Shown here: positions 20,112-28,837 of the stretch, one piece after another | How the letters are laid out: the number at the start of each line of letters is the position of its first letter | Position numbering within the stretch: the stretch's first letter is position 1 | DNA from: an uncultured Nitrososphaerota archaeon | GTDB lineage: Archaea; Thermoproteota; Nitrososphaeria; Nitrososphaerales; Nitrosopumilaceae | Assembly (NCBI GenBank): GCA_963824385.1 | Contig: CAWGPD010000003.1 | Coordinates: 224,001 to 288,000 of the forward strand | Direction of reading: 5' to 3' | DNA length: 64,000 nt | The notes under the pieces: model-generated | Told to the model about the DNA's origin: nothing | What the model saw: only the letters and a program-made list of their open reading frames with translations | Databases searched by the model: none | Program-made: the position numbers and the translations under genes

Positions 20112-21149
20112 TTACTTTCTTAGTTTTTGTTTTGCAATCTCGGCAATTGCTTCAGTCATTTTTGATCCTGGAGCATTTCCTCCGATATCATAGGTTACAT
20201 ACTTTCCTTCATTGATGACTTGTTCAGTTGCAGCAAAAATGGCATTTCTTATGTCTGGTTCTCCGAGATATTCTACCATCCATGCCCCTGAAAGAATGGC
20301 AGCAGTAGGATTGACCTTATCCAATCCCTTGTATTTGGGTGCACTTCCATGAGCTGGCTCAAACATGGCATACGTGTCTCCAATGTTGGCTGAATATACA
20401 TTTCCAATTGAACCGATACTTCCTGACGCACATTCTGATATTATATCCATGAACAGATTAGTACTCACCAAGATTGAATCATTGAATCTCTCGGGGTTTT
20501 TTACTAACTGTTGGGTCATATTATCGATATAATATTCCTCTACTTCGATACCTGGATTCTCAGCCTTTGCTTTTTCTACCTCACTCCAGAAAATACCATC
20601 TGTTTCTTTGAGAATATTTCTTTTTGTTATTGGAAAGATCTTCTTGATGTTATGTTGTTTTGCCCACTCAAAGGTAGCCTTGATGATTCTTTGGCAACCC
20701 TTCCTTGTTGTCTTCCTTATGGCAATAGCTACATCTTCGGAAAGTCTAAACTCAATACCTGCATAGAGGCCTTCAGTTGCCTCTCTAAAACATACAAAAT
20801 CCAATTTTTTATTAGGAGATAATCTATCGTAAGTCTTAATCGGTCTGACATTACTGTAAAGTTGAAATTTTTGTCGTATTGTAACAGCTACACTTCTTGG
20901 CGCATCTGGACGAGGAATTGTTGTAGTTGGTCCCTTGTAACATGCATTGCATTCCTCGAGCAACTTCATGGTAGAATCTGGAATGTAGGTTGCACCACCA
21001 TTTTTCTCCCACTGCTCAGATCCTGCATCACACAAAATTAGTTCTGTTTGAGAATTACAAGCCCGGAGGACACGTAACATGGCATCTACAAGTTCTGGAC
21101 CTGTGCCGTCTCCCTTGATAACTGCAGCTTTCTTTCCCAAATCAGCCAA
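20112..21149 (-). CDS. Isocitrate/isopropylmalate/homoisocitrate dehydrogenase family protein
   Basis: GDGTGPE, REATEGLY, NLFMDI.S and FEPAHGSAP. Confidence 0.9.
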   Translation of the reverse strand: MADLGKKAAVIKGDGTGPELVDAMLRVLRACNSQTELILCDAGSEQWEKNGGATYIPDSTMKLLEECNACYKGPTTTIPRPDAPRSVAVTIRQKFQLYSNVRPIKTYDRLSPNKKLDFVCFREATEGLYAGIEFRLSEDVAIAIRKTTRKGCQRIIKATFEWAKQHNIKKIFPITKRNILKETDGIFWSEVEKAKAENPGIEVEEYYIDNMTQQLVKNPERFNDSILVSTNLFMDIISECASGSIGSIGNVYSANIGDTYAMFEPAHGSAPKYKGLDKVNPTAAILSGAWMVEYLGEPDIRNAIFAATEQVINEGKYVTYDIGGNAPGSKMTEAIAEIAKQKLRK

Positions 21150-21248
21150 CGTGATAAGATAAGCATATTTAACTCTAACTAGAAAATTATTTGAAAATTT
21201 TATTGTATAATGCTAAAGCTTAAACTCCTCGTTTTAGGATATTTTGTT

Positions 21249-21995
21249 GTGCAAATAGTACAGATTTCCGATATTCATGTAGGAGCCCAATTCCGAGAAG
21301 AAGTCTTTGATCTAGCTGTCGAAGAGATAAACGATCTAAAACCATCTGTTATTGTAGCTACAGGTGATCTTACAAATGAGGGACTACTCCAAGAATATGA
21401 AAAATGCAAAGCAAAGTTTTCCCAGTTTGAGGCTGAAAAAATAATTACAATTAGTGGAAATCATGACTATAGAAATACTGGATATCTTCTTTTCAAAAAA
21501 TACTTTCCGTTTGATTCCGTAAATGAGCTTGACGATGATACTGTGCTTGTAACAATAGGGACTGCAAGACCTGATAGAGATGAGGGCGAAGTAGGCTATA
21601 GACAGAATCTATGGCTAGAGCGAACTATGAAAAAGTATGAAAACAAGACCAAGATACTTGCAATGCATCATCACCTAATCGGTGTTCCTGATACGGGAAC
21701 TGACAGGGTAACTGTGATTGACTCTGGTGATGTTTTAAGAACTGCATTGGATGGCAAGATAGACCTAGTCATATGTGGTCACAAACACAGGCCATGGTTT
21801 TGGCATTTTGGAAATTTATCGATAGCAAACGCTGGTACTGTATCATCTGAAAGAATGAGGGGACTATTTGAGAATACGTATAATATCATAACCATTGATA
21901 AAGGCAAGATCAAAGTAGATTTGAAGATTGTAGGTGGAGAAAAAATTCATCTCAAAGATCTTGTGCAAAACTACAAACGTTTTGGCGAAGAGTAA
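21249..21995 (+). CDS. Calcineurin-like metallophosphoesterase
   Basis: SDIH, TGDL, GNHD, HHH and GHKH motifs. Probable GTG start 21249 (ORF open from 21210). Confidence 0.9.
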   Translation: MQIVQISDIHVGAQFREEVFDLAVEEINDLKPSVIVATGDLTNEGLLQEYEKCKAKFSQFEAEKIITISGNHDYRNTGYLLFKKYFPFDSVNELDDDTVLVTIGTARPDRDEGEVGYRQNLWLERTMKKYENKTKILAMHHHLIGVPDTGTDRVTVIDSGDVLRTALDGKIDLVICGHKHRPWFWHFGNLSIANAGTVSSERMRGLFENTYNIITIDKGKIKVDLKIVGGEKIHLKDLVQNYKRFGEE

Positions 21996-22058
21996 GTAAA
22001 TTCGTTTTAACTCCAGTTCCAAAGTTATAATAACAGTTTAAATTTCAGCAACATCTAT

Positions 22059-22142
22059 GCGGGGGTCGCCTAGCCTGGTAGGGCGTGGGATTGCTAATCC
22101 CATGTCCGCAAGGACCCGTGGGTTCGAATCCCACTCCCCGCG
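22059..22142 (+). tRNA. tRNA-Ser(GCT)
   Basis: Cloverleaf with anticodon arm TGGGA-TTGCTAA-TCCCA, long variable arm GTCC-GCAA-GGAC, and T loop TTCGAAT. Confidence 0.97.
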
Positions 22143-22194
22143 CTTTTTGCGATCTACGCTTAAACTTAATAATAGAATCTTCAGAGTTGAAACA

Positions 22195-22356
22195 ATGGTT
22201 AGAAGAAAAACAGTAAAACCAAGAGCAAGCGGTCCAAAAAACGTTACAACTGGTCTATGTCCTAAATGCGGTACAATAGGAAAGATTTTGATTATAGGTG
22301 TGATTGGAAGCGAGAAAGGAAAATGCCAATCATGCAACGCTGAATTTACGCTGTAG
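22195..22356 (+). CDS. Small Zn-ribbon protein (53 aa)
   Basis: MVRRKTVKPR...CPKC...CQSC; CTTAATAA TATA-like element ~30 bp upstream. Confidence 0.7.
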   Translation: MVRRKTVKPRASGPKNVTTGLCPKCGTIGKILIIGVIGSEKGKCQSCNAEFTL

Positions 22357-22427
22357 AAAATACTGACAAAACCCTCAATAAAATAAACCATAAATTTTTA
22401 AGATCATATCTAGCGCAGATTGAATAT

Positions 22428-22598
22428 ATGGCAGGCGAAGATGAATCCATTTACGAAAGAGTAGCTAGACTAGAAGATGAAGTTGCTAGCTTGAGAAATG
22501 AAGTGGATATCCTCAAAGGAACTATGCGAAACAAGATAGTACGTTATGAACATAAATTAATCAAAAAAGGAAAAGACATACAATCAATTATTGACTAG
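22428..22598 (+). CDS. Small coiled-coil protein (56 aa), absent from the ORF track
   Basis: MAGEDESIYERVARLEDEVASLRNEVDILKG...; heptad pattern; TTTTTAA ~30 bp upstream. Confidence 0.7.
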   Translation: MAGEDESIYERVARLEDEVASLRNEVDILKGTMRNKIVRYEHKLIKKGKDIQSIID

Positions 22599-23409
22599 AT
22601 TTTTCTTTGATACTTTTTATCATTTCCAGAATATCATCAACATCATCTGCTTCAGGGGACAATTCAAGATATTTGTTAAGCGATATTAATGCAAGATCTT
22701 TTTGAAGTAATCTTAACTGAACGATTCCTTTATCTCTGATATCTTCAGGTGAATACGGTTCAAGACCTAATACCATATTGATACAATGCATTGATTTTTC
22801 ATAGTTAAATGATTCAATGTATGAACCCTTTAGATTTCTTAAAATTCTGATCAGGATCTTTTCTGATTCTACATCGTTTAGATATTCTGGTTCAAACTCC
22901 ACTCCTTCTCCATAAGTTGCATTCAGTATGTCTTGAAGATCCTCAATATCCAATAAACTGCCTCTGTTAAAGGGATCAAGAATTAACTCTTCAGAATATT
23001 TTACAAGAAAATGACCTGGAAATCCAACGGGTTTAAGCTCAAGACCTATTGCTTTTGCAACCTCGATGTAAATGATAGATAATGTGATTGGTATTCCACT
23101 ACGTTTGTCTATTACGACATTTAGGAAATTATTTCTTGGGTTGTAATAATCATCATCGTCTCCCCTGAATCCTAAAATGTCAAACATGTATTCGTTTAAC
23201 ATGGAGACCAAATAGATTGGATTTTTCACATCTGAAACATGATCGCGTAATCCTTGCTCTAATGATCTTAATTTCTGAATATGCTCTGATATGTCTAGAT
23301 TAGGAAATTCTAGTATCTGAGATAACTTTAGACACTTTTCAACTAACGTGTATTGTATACTTTTTGCATAAGATATCCACTCCGCTGCAAATGGATCAAA
23401 ATCACTCAT
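22588..23409 (-). CDS. SirB1/transglutaminase-like + TPR protein
   Basis: YYNPRN.FL..V...R.GIPITLS, GFPGHFL, DPF, and a TPR with RDKG. Confidence 0.88.
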   Translation of the reverse strand: MSDFDPFAAEWISYAKSIQYTLVEKCLKLSQILEFPNLDISEHIQKLRSLEQGLRDHVSDVKNPIYLVSMLNEYMFDILGFRGDDDDYYNPRNNFLNVVIDKRSGIPITLSIIYIEVAKAIGLELKPVGFPGHFLVKYSEELILDPFNRGSLLDIEDLQDILNATYGEGVEFEPEYLNDVESEKILIRILRNLKGSYIESFNYEKSMHCINMVLGLEPYSPEDIRDKGIVQLRLLQKDLALISLNKYLELSPEADDVDDILEMIKSIKEKSSQ

Positions 23410-24593
23410 CTTCTATTTAGATAACTTTCTGGGTTTTTGAGTTCACGAGTAGTGGGAGGATTACCAATTAGAGTTTTGTACGTATCTTTGCCTAATTTTG
23501 AAAAGATATGTTCTGTAAAGTCTGTTCCCATACTCTTTCTAATTTGATAAGATGAGATGTCACTATTTGCAAATGTAACTAGATAGTTCTTAAAATCTTG
23601 ATCATCTTTTAGGATGTTTTTTACTGCAAATTCTGCCATTCCTTCCATTGTTGTAAATGCCGCATGGTGTGCCTGTATTGGCTTTAACCATCTTTGATAA
23701 ATGTCAAAAAGTTGTGGAATCATTTCCGAAATTTTGGGGTCAACTGTTACCTTGTTAAACGTCATTACATCAGGGCCCAAGACTTGAACTATGAAATTAT
23801 CTGGATTTAATACGAAAAATAGATTTGCTCTCTTTGCAATTGGATATTCATCTGGAACTTCAGGTAATTGCAAGTAATTGTAAAGATTTTTTATTGTAGG
23901 ATCATCAAGAACTAAAATGATTTTTGCGAGCTCTTCATTTATTGCATTTACTTCAGAGACTGCTATCTTGTTTATGTTGTAAAGATTATTTTGTATCGAG
24001 TGAACTTGCTCTTCTAAAATGGTCATCTTCAATGCTCCAATATATCCAGAATTTACCTGATCAAATCTTGATTCATAGGGCTTGCCTTGTTTGTATAGTA
24101 TGATTTGAGGATAGCTGGATAAAATGAACTTGTTTAGGTAAACTGATGATTCATAAAAATCTCCATATGTTGTAGATATCTGGGAGATGTACCCCTTGGC
24201 ATATGTCGAATAAACTAGGTATCTAAAAGTCTGTTTTTCTGCAAGTGATGCTATTTTTTGAACATCTTCATGTGCAATTGCTGTAAAAAGTTCGTCTACA
24301 AACTCTGCAGATTCCTTTGTGGGGTATACTTTACGACCTTTAAGACGCTTAAACTCTACAAGATCTGGAAATTCTACTTTTATTTGTGTTACTGGAATTC
24401 CTGTAAATTCAGATATCTTCTTTGACGTATCAGCAAATACTCTGTTACAAATTATCTCAATATCATCAAATTTTATATTTGAAGCAAATTCTTGTTCTGC
24501 CTTTGCCTTTGAATCAATTATCTCTTTTTCCTCATTTATCTCAACTGAGATCTGGTCCAAAAGGGCATATGCAAACTCTTCAAATTCTGTCAT
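23406..24593 (-). CDS. Hypothetical protein with zincin/gluzincin-like motifs
   Basis: LEEQVHSIQ, MEGMAEF and PPTTREL..P..YL; overlaps the downstream gene by 4 bp. Confidence 0.7.
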   Translation of the reverse strand: MTEFEEFAYALLDQISVEINEEKEIIDSKAKAEQEFASNIKFDDIEIICNRVFADTSKKISEFTGIPVTQIKVEFPDLVEFKRLKGRKVYPTKESAEFVDELFTAIAHEDVQKIASLAEKQTFRYLVYSTYAKGYISQISTTYGDFYESSVYLNKFILSSYPQIILYKQGKPYESRFDQVNSGYIGALKMTILEEQVHSIQNNLYNINKIAVSEVNAINEELAKIILVLDDPTIKNLYNYLQLPEVPDEYPIAKRANLFFVLNPDNFIVQVLGPDVMTFNKVTVDPKISEMIPQLFDIYQRWLKPIQAHHAAFTTMEGMAEFAVKNILKDDQDFKNYLVTFANSDISSYQIRKSMGTDFTEHIFSKLGKDTYKTLIGNPPTTRELKNPESYLNRR

Positions 24594-24684
24594 TATGAGG
24601 TTGGATAAAACATGTCAATTTAACATTAACTTTGGATCCACATGTCTATTTTGGGTTGTATGCTATCCTCATGGTTTTAGAAAG

Positions 24685-26154
24685 TTATTGACAGCCTTTT
24701 GTTGTAAAATGATGTACCATTACATCCCATGGCATATCTGATGGAAGTGAATAGGGATGAATAAGCGGTGGAACTGTTTCAAATGTCTTTACCAGACAAG
24801 ATTTTTCATAGATGCCCTGTGTTTGAATCAGTGATGAATCACGTTTTTCAGGAGAAGTACTGTCTGCAAAATACACATCATCTGGAATTTTTTTTATAAA
24901 ATTAAAACTAAAGACATCTGTAACTTGAATATCGGGTCTGAATTGTTTTATGACCCAGCCGTAACCTGGATTTGTAACTAATGTAGAATTCTTTGGCAGC
25001 GTGCTTGTCAAGTATTCTATTGCTTCTTTCTGGGCCTGTACTGCATCAAAGGATGTAATCCATACTGTAATTCCAATTGACGATAACACCATCACTATCA
25101 AAAGTAGATCAAATGTTCTATCACCCTGGGTTGATTTTATGCGAGAAACTCTAGTTGCAAAATCATAAAGCGGTTTTCCTGAAAAAATACTCAGTATTGG
25201 TAAAATTGGTATTGTATGAACAAATCCAACATATCCACCTCTAAACAAAAATCCTATGTATGGCACTGACAAGATTGATGCAAAAAACTGCTTTTTCTTT
25301 GCCAATTGTACTATTCCTGCAATTCCAAAGACCAATCCAATTGGTAATACTGTGACAAGAATTTCTAATGCAATGCCATATGGCAATGATGATGCTCTGG
25401 TTGCCTCCCATGATTGAGTGGATATTATGTGAAATAGGCTATGTTGGCTTGACATGGTGAAAACCCATACAAGAACAGTTGCAATGAGAGGGACTGACCA
25501 TGTTATTCCATGGGAAGGTTTCTTGCTTTTTAAAACATAGATGATAATTGCTGGAAGAAAGAAAATTGCTGAAAACTTGGCAAGCAATGCACACCCAAAG
25601 AGAAATCCTGATGCGGATAACCTAGATCTTGTCAAGACGTTATCATTTTTTGGCATGATTAAAAATAATGATAATAATACAAAGAGTATCATCAAAGGAT
25701 CTAGCAAAAGATTTCGAAATGGCCAAAACGCTGGAATTAGTCCAAAAGTAGCAAGTGAAATTAGAGCAAATTTTTTGTTATTGTATAATCTGTCTGATAA
25801 TTTGTATACAAGAATTGCAATTGGTATGATATATGATACCGCAACTAGTCTAGGAATTAAAAATAACAAAAGTAATTGCGAATTCATATCATGAGTTTGC
25901 AAATGAATTATTGAATTTGGAAATCCTATTACTGCAAAAAATAATGATGGTACAATCCATCCTAAAGGAGGATGGTCGATATAGTTAGGATCTTGATACA
26001 TTTGGAGTGTATTGGCAAAATTTATGGCTCTATCAACATATACTCCTTCATCCCAAAAATACTCTGGAAATGAAGCAAGGCCAAAACAAGAATTAAAAAT
26101 TATTACTGAAAAAACTATTAAAAATAATTTTTGATATTTTGTAACATGCAACAA
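24685..26154 (-). CDS. ArnT/PMT-like (GT-C fold) membrane glycosyltransferase
   Basis: WDEGVY, DHPPLG, about 10-12 TM helices, LAKF. Confidence 0.85.
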   Translation of the reverse strand: MLHVTKYQKLFLIVFSVIIFNSCFGLASFPEYFWDEGVYVDRAINFANTLQMYQDPNYIDHPPLGWIVPSLFFAVIGFPNSIIHLQTHDMNSQLLLLFLIPRLVAVSYIIPIAILVYKLSDRLYNNKKFALISLATFGLIPAFWPFRNLLLDPLMILFVLLSLFLIMPKNDNVLTRSRLSASGFLFGCALLAKFSAIFFLPAIIIYVLKSKKPSHGITWSVPLIATVLVWVFTMSSQHSLFHIISTQSWEATRASSLPYGIALEILVTVLPIGLVFGIAGIVQLAKKKQFFASILSVPYIGFLFRGGYVGFVHTIPILPILSIFSGKPLYDFATRVSRIKSTQGDRTFDLLLIVMVLSSIGITVWITSFDAVQAQKEAIEYLTSTLPKNSTLVTNPGYGWVIKQFRPDIQVTDVFSFNFIKKIPDDVYFADSTSPEKRDSSLIQTQGIYEKSCLVKTFETVPPLIHPYSLPSDMPWDVMVHHFTTKGCQ

Positions 26155-26246
26155 TTGTCTATCTTACTGCATTCCTAAATATGTTCATAATAGATGAAAA
26201 ATCTGTATTCCTAATGATTTATTTTTGAAATATTGTTAATGTTGTA

Positions 26247-26702
26247 TTATTTTGAACCTGTTGCGTTAATCATTGGACTAGTTGCGTTAACCATTGGACT
26301 AGGCATTGCTCCCATTGGACTAGTTGCGTTAACCATTGGACTGTTTGGATTTACCATTGGACTAGGCATTTCACCCATTGCATGACTTGGAGTAATGGAA
26401 TTCCAATGGTTTGATTTTGTTTGTGAATTGACAAATAATTGATGCATTATAACAATGCCGTTAAAACCCCCCGCGGCTTTTTCATAACCTTGACGTTGTG
26501 ATGCAAAAACTGCACTTAACCATTTGAAATTTTCTCCCGGGTAACACATACGATCACCACAGATATTACTTAGATGATGACTTGCTGTCATGGTACGATG
26601 GTATTGTCCTTGAGAATTTGTTAAAGCACTGACCTCTTGGGTTGCCATCATGGATACTGCAAGGGAAAATAGCATCATAAAAACTAGGAACTTTTTTGCC
26701 AT
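26247..26702 (-). CDS. Secreted protein with ICGDRMC motif and Met/Pro-rich repeat tail
   Basis: Signal peptide; tail of SPMVNAT/SPMG repeats visible in the DNA at ~26260-26380. Confidence 0.7.
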   Translation of the reverse strand: MAKKFLVFMMLFSLAVSMMATQEVSALTNSQGQYHRTMTASHHLSNICGDRMCYPGENFKWLSAVFASQRQGYEKAAGGFNGIVIMHQLFVNSQTKSNHWNSITPSHAMGEMPSPMVNPNSPMVNATSPMGAMPSPMVNATSPMINATGSK

Positions 26703-26796
26703 TTCACAGTCTCTATTTTGTATGAAAATAAAAGGTATTCGCCTTTATGATGAGTGAACTAATCGTGATTATTCATTTACTACATTATCTGTAAAC

Positions 26797-27612
26797 TCAT
26801 TTCTGAGCGTATTTATTAAAAACTTGATATGGGTTAATCGGAAGTTCAATGGTAAATCTAGTTCCTCTGTTGATTTCTGTATTGACACTTATTTTTCCTC
26901 GGTGACTTTTTATGATATTATTACAACTTGAAAGACCTAATCCTGTACCTGTCTGCTTGGTAGTAAAAAGTGGATCAAATATCTTTGGTAATACCTCTTC
27001 TGATATTCCAGGACCGTTATCATCTATCTCTATTTGAACATGATTTGTATTTTCAGATATTATTATGTCAATCTTACCTTGATAATTCATCGCCTGAACT
27101 GCATTTAGCAAAATATTTTTAAAAGCTATCTTGAGCTGCTCTTGATCACAATCTATTGTGACATCTTTATCATATGTCATATGTAATTCAGTTTTATTTT
27201 TTGGCAGTCTGATTTCAGACCATGCGTTTGTTATAACTTGAGAAACAAAACATGGTTTTATTTCCAAATTTTGTAATTCTACAAAATCTAACACATCTTC
27301 TATTTGATGTGTAATCCTAAAAATTGCTCTTTCAATGGTATCACATTGCTTTACTTTTTGTTCCAAACTAAGATTTCTCTCTTTTATCATGGATGTGGAA
27401 TTCTTGATTATGGAAAGAGGATTTCGCAGATCGTGATTTATTCGAGCAGAAAATTCGCCCAATACTGCAAGCCTCTCTGCTTTTAGAAGCTCTTGAATCT
27501 TGTCTTTTATATCAAGTTGGATTGCTTCTTTTTTTATCTCCAGATCATTAATGTCGGATCTTACAATATCATCAGAAATTTCCGATGTGAAAATCTCCTT
27601 AATTTCACGCAT
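26797..27612 (-). CDS. Soluble histidine kinase (HisKA + HATPase) with no obvious sensor domain
   Basis: H-box HDLRNPL, N-box NILLNA, G1 DDNGPGI, F-box FDPLFTTK, G2 GTGLGL. Confidence 0.9.
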   Translation of the reverse strand: MREIKEIFTSEISDDIVRSDINDLEIKKEAIQLDIKDKIQELLKAERLAVLGEFSARINHDLRNPLSIIKNSTSMIKERNLSLEQKVKQCDTIERAIFRITHQIEDVLDFVELQNLEIKPCFVSQVITNAWSEIRLPKNKTELHMTYDKDVTIDCDQEQLKIAFKNILLNAVQAMNYQGKIDIIISENTNHVQIEIDDNGPGISEEVLPKIFDPLFTTKQTGTGLGLSSCNNIIKSHRGKISVNTEINRGTRFTIELPINPYQVFNKYAQK

Positions 27613-27669
27613 TTTATTTTCTTCCTGATCCTGACAAAATTGTAAATGAATTAATCAAATATGACACGC

Positions 27670-28557
27670 TCAAATCTCCACAAATTCTTTAGAATTATTC
27701 CAGAGATATTCACATAAACTGAACATGTTTTGTACGAATTCAAGCGAGTTTGTATGAATGGCAACATCACTGTTACCAGAATCTGCCGAACTCTTTGATG
27801 ATTCAGACATGACAAGTTGTTTTTCCTTTTCAACAATCATTCGTCCTCTTGAGGGTAATTCTCCAACTCTAACCTCATTTGCATTCAATCTCTTTATCAT
27901 CTCTGAAATGGCTTTAGTTGGCTTATCCTCTGTGATTACTCTAATAATGGTGTGATTTTTCTTGGCATTTTGTATCTTCTCAGGAATTGAGGTATAGTAC
28001 ATTTTAGCAATATCATTGGTTGTTGCAACGATATAGATGAGATTGTGATTACTGTCATCTATGATTCTACCAATTCTATTGTAGATGATTGTTCTACTTT
28101 GAAGTACTGAAAACGAACTAGTATCAGATGTCCCAAAGTCTGTTTTATTTGTCTTCAGATTTGTGATTACTTTTTCTGATAACTTTTTCATTGAATCAAG
28201 TTCATCACGTTTTTTCTCAACTATTGTATCAAGTGCTTTGCTTGGCTCTGTTGCAGTAACTATTACTGGATTTGAAAATGATGTTGTAACAAGACCATAA
28301 TTTCTTAATTTTGTCAAAGATCTGTACATCTTACCTCTGTCTAGTCCTAGCTTTATTGCTAGATTGCCAATCGTAACTGGTCCTATATGTAATAATCCCA
28401 GATACATGATTGCCTCTGATTCTTCAAAACCCATGTTCATCAAATCTGTAAGCAACTCTTTTCTCTCGTTTAAGAAATGAACTGGATGAATCTTCTCTTC
28501 ATTTGTACCAAATGATGAGCTTGTTCGTCTCTCTTGTAATACTGCTTTTCTGCTCAT
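27670..28557 (-). CDS. TrmB-family transcriptional regulator
   Basis: MGF..SEA.MYL.LL wHTH with YRSL..L...GLV, plus a C-terminal effector-binding-type domain. Confidence 0.88.
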   Translation of the reverse strand: MSRKAVLQERRTSSSFGTNEEKIHPVHFLNERKELLTDLMNMGFEESEAIMYLGLLHIGPVTIGNLAIKLGLDRGKMYRSLTKLRNYGLVTTSFSNPVIVTATEPSKALDTIVEKKRDELDSMKKLSEKVITNLKTNKTDFGTSDTSSFSVLQSRTIIYNRIGRIIDDSNHNLIYIVATTNDIAKMYYTSIPEKIQNAKKNHTIIRVITEDKPTKAISEMIKRLNANEVRVGELPSRGRMIVEKEKQLVMSESSKSSADSGNSDVAIHTNSLEFVQNMFSLCEYLWNNSKEFVEI

Positions 28558-28702
28558 GCATAGTCAATTAAATTAAACAAACATAAGCAGTACGGACTTA
28601 ACTTACATCTCATGTTTCCATACTGGTAAGAACAAAAAATGATCGATACCAAAAATGATCTCTCAAATGATGTTTCACCGTTTGATAAAACAAAACGGTG
28701 TA

Positions 28703-28794
28703 TACCGGGGGTGGGTTTCGAACCCACGACCTCCAGATTATGAGTAATACCCTTGTGTGGACTGGCACTCTAGGCCAGGCTGAGCTACCCCGGC
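28703..28794 (-). tRNA. tRNA-Met(CAT), elongator-type, with 16-nt intron at position 30/31 (28746..28761)
   Basis: Removing TCCACACAAGGGTATT gives CCAGA-CTCATAA-TCTGG. BHB helix UGCC/GGUA and outer helix GAG/CUC are present. Confidence 0.92.
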
Positions 28795-28837
28795 ATAATT
28801 AACGCCTAAATTCTTGATGCAATTAAATGTAGATTGC

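Noticed and set aside
22038..22391. ORFs 22038..22391 (-) and the 5' part of 22057..22356 (+)
   Set aside because: They run through the tRNA-Ser gene; only the 22195 start is credible.
22059..28794. Integrated element or provirus bounded by tRNA-Ser and tRNA-Met
   Set aside because: I saw no integrase, no duplicated tRNA end (att site), and no viral or plasmid genes.
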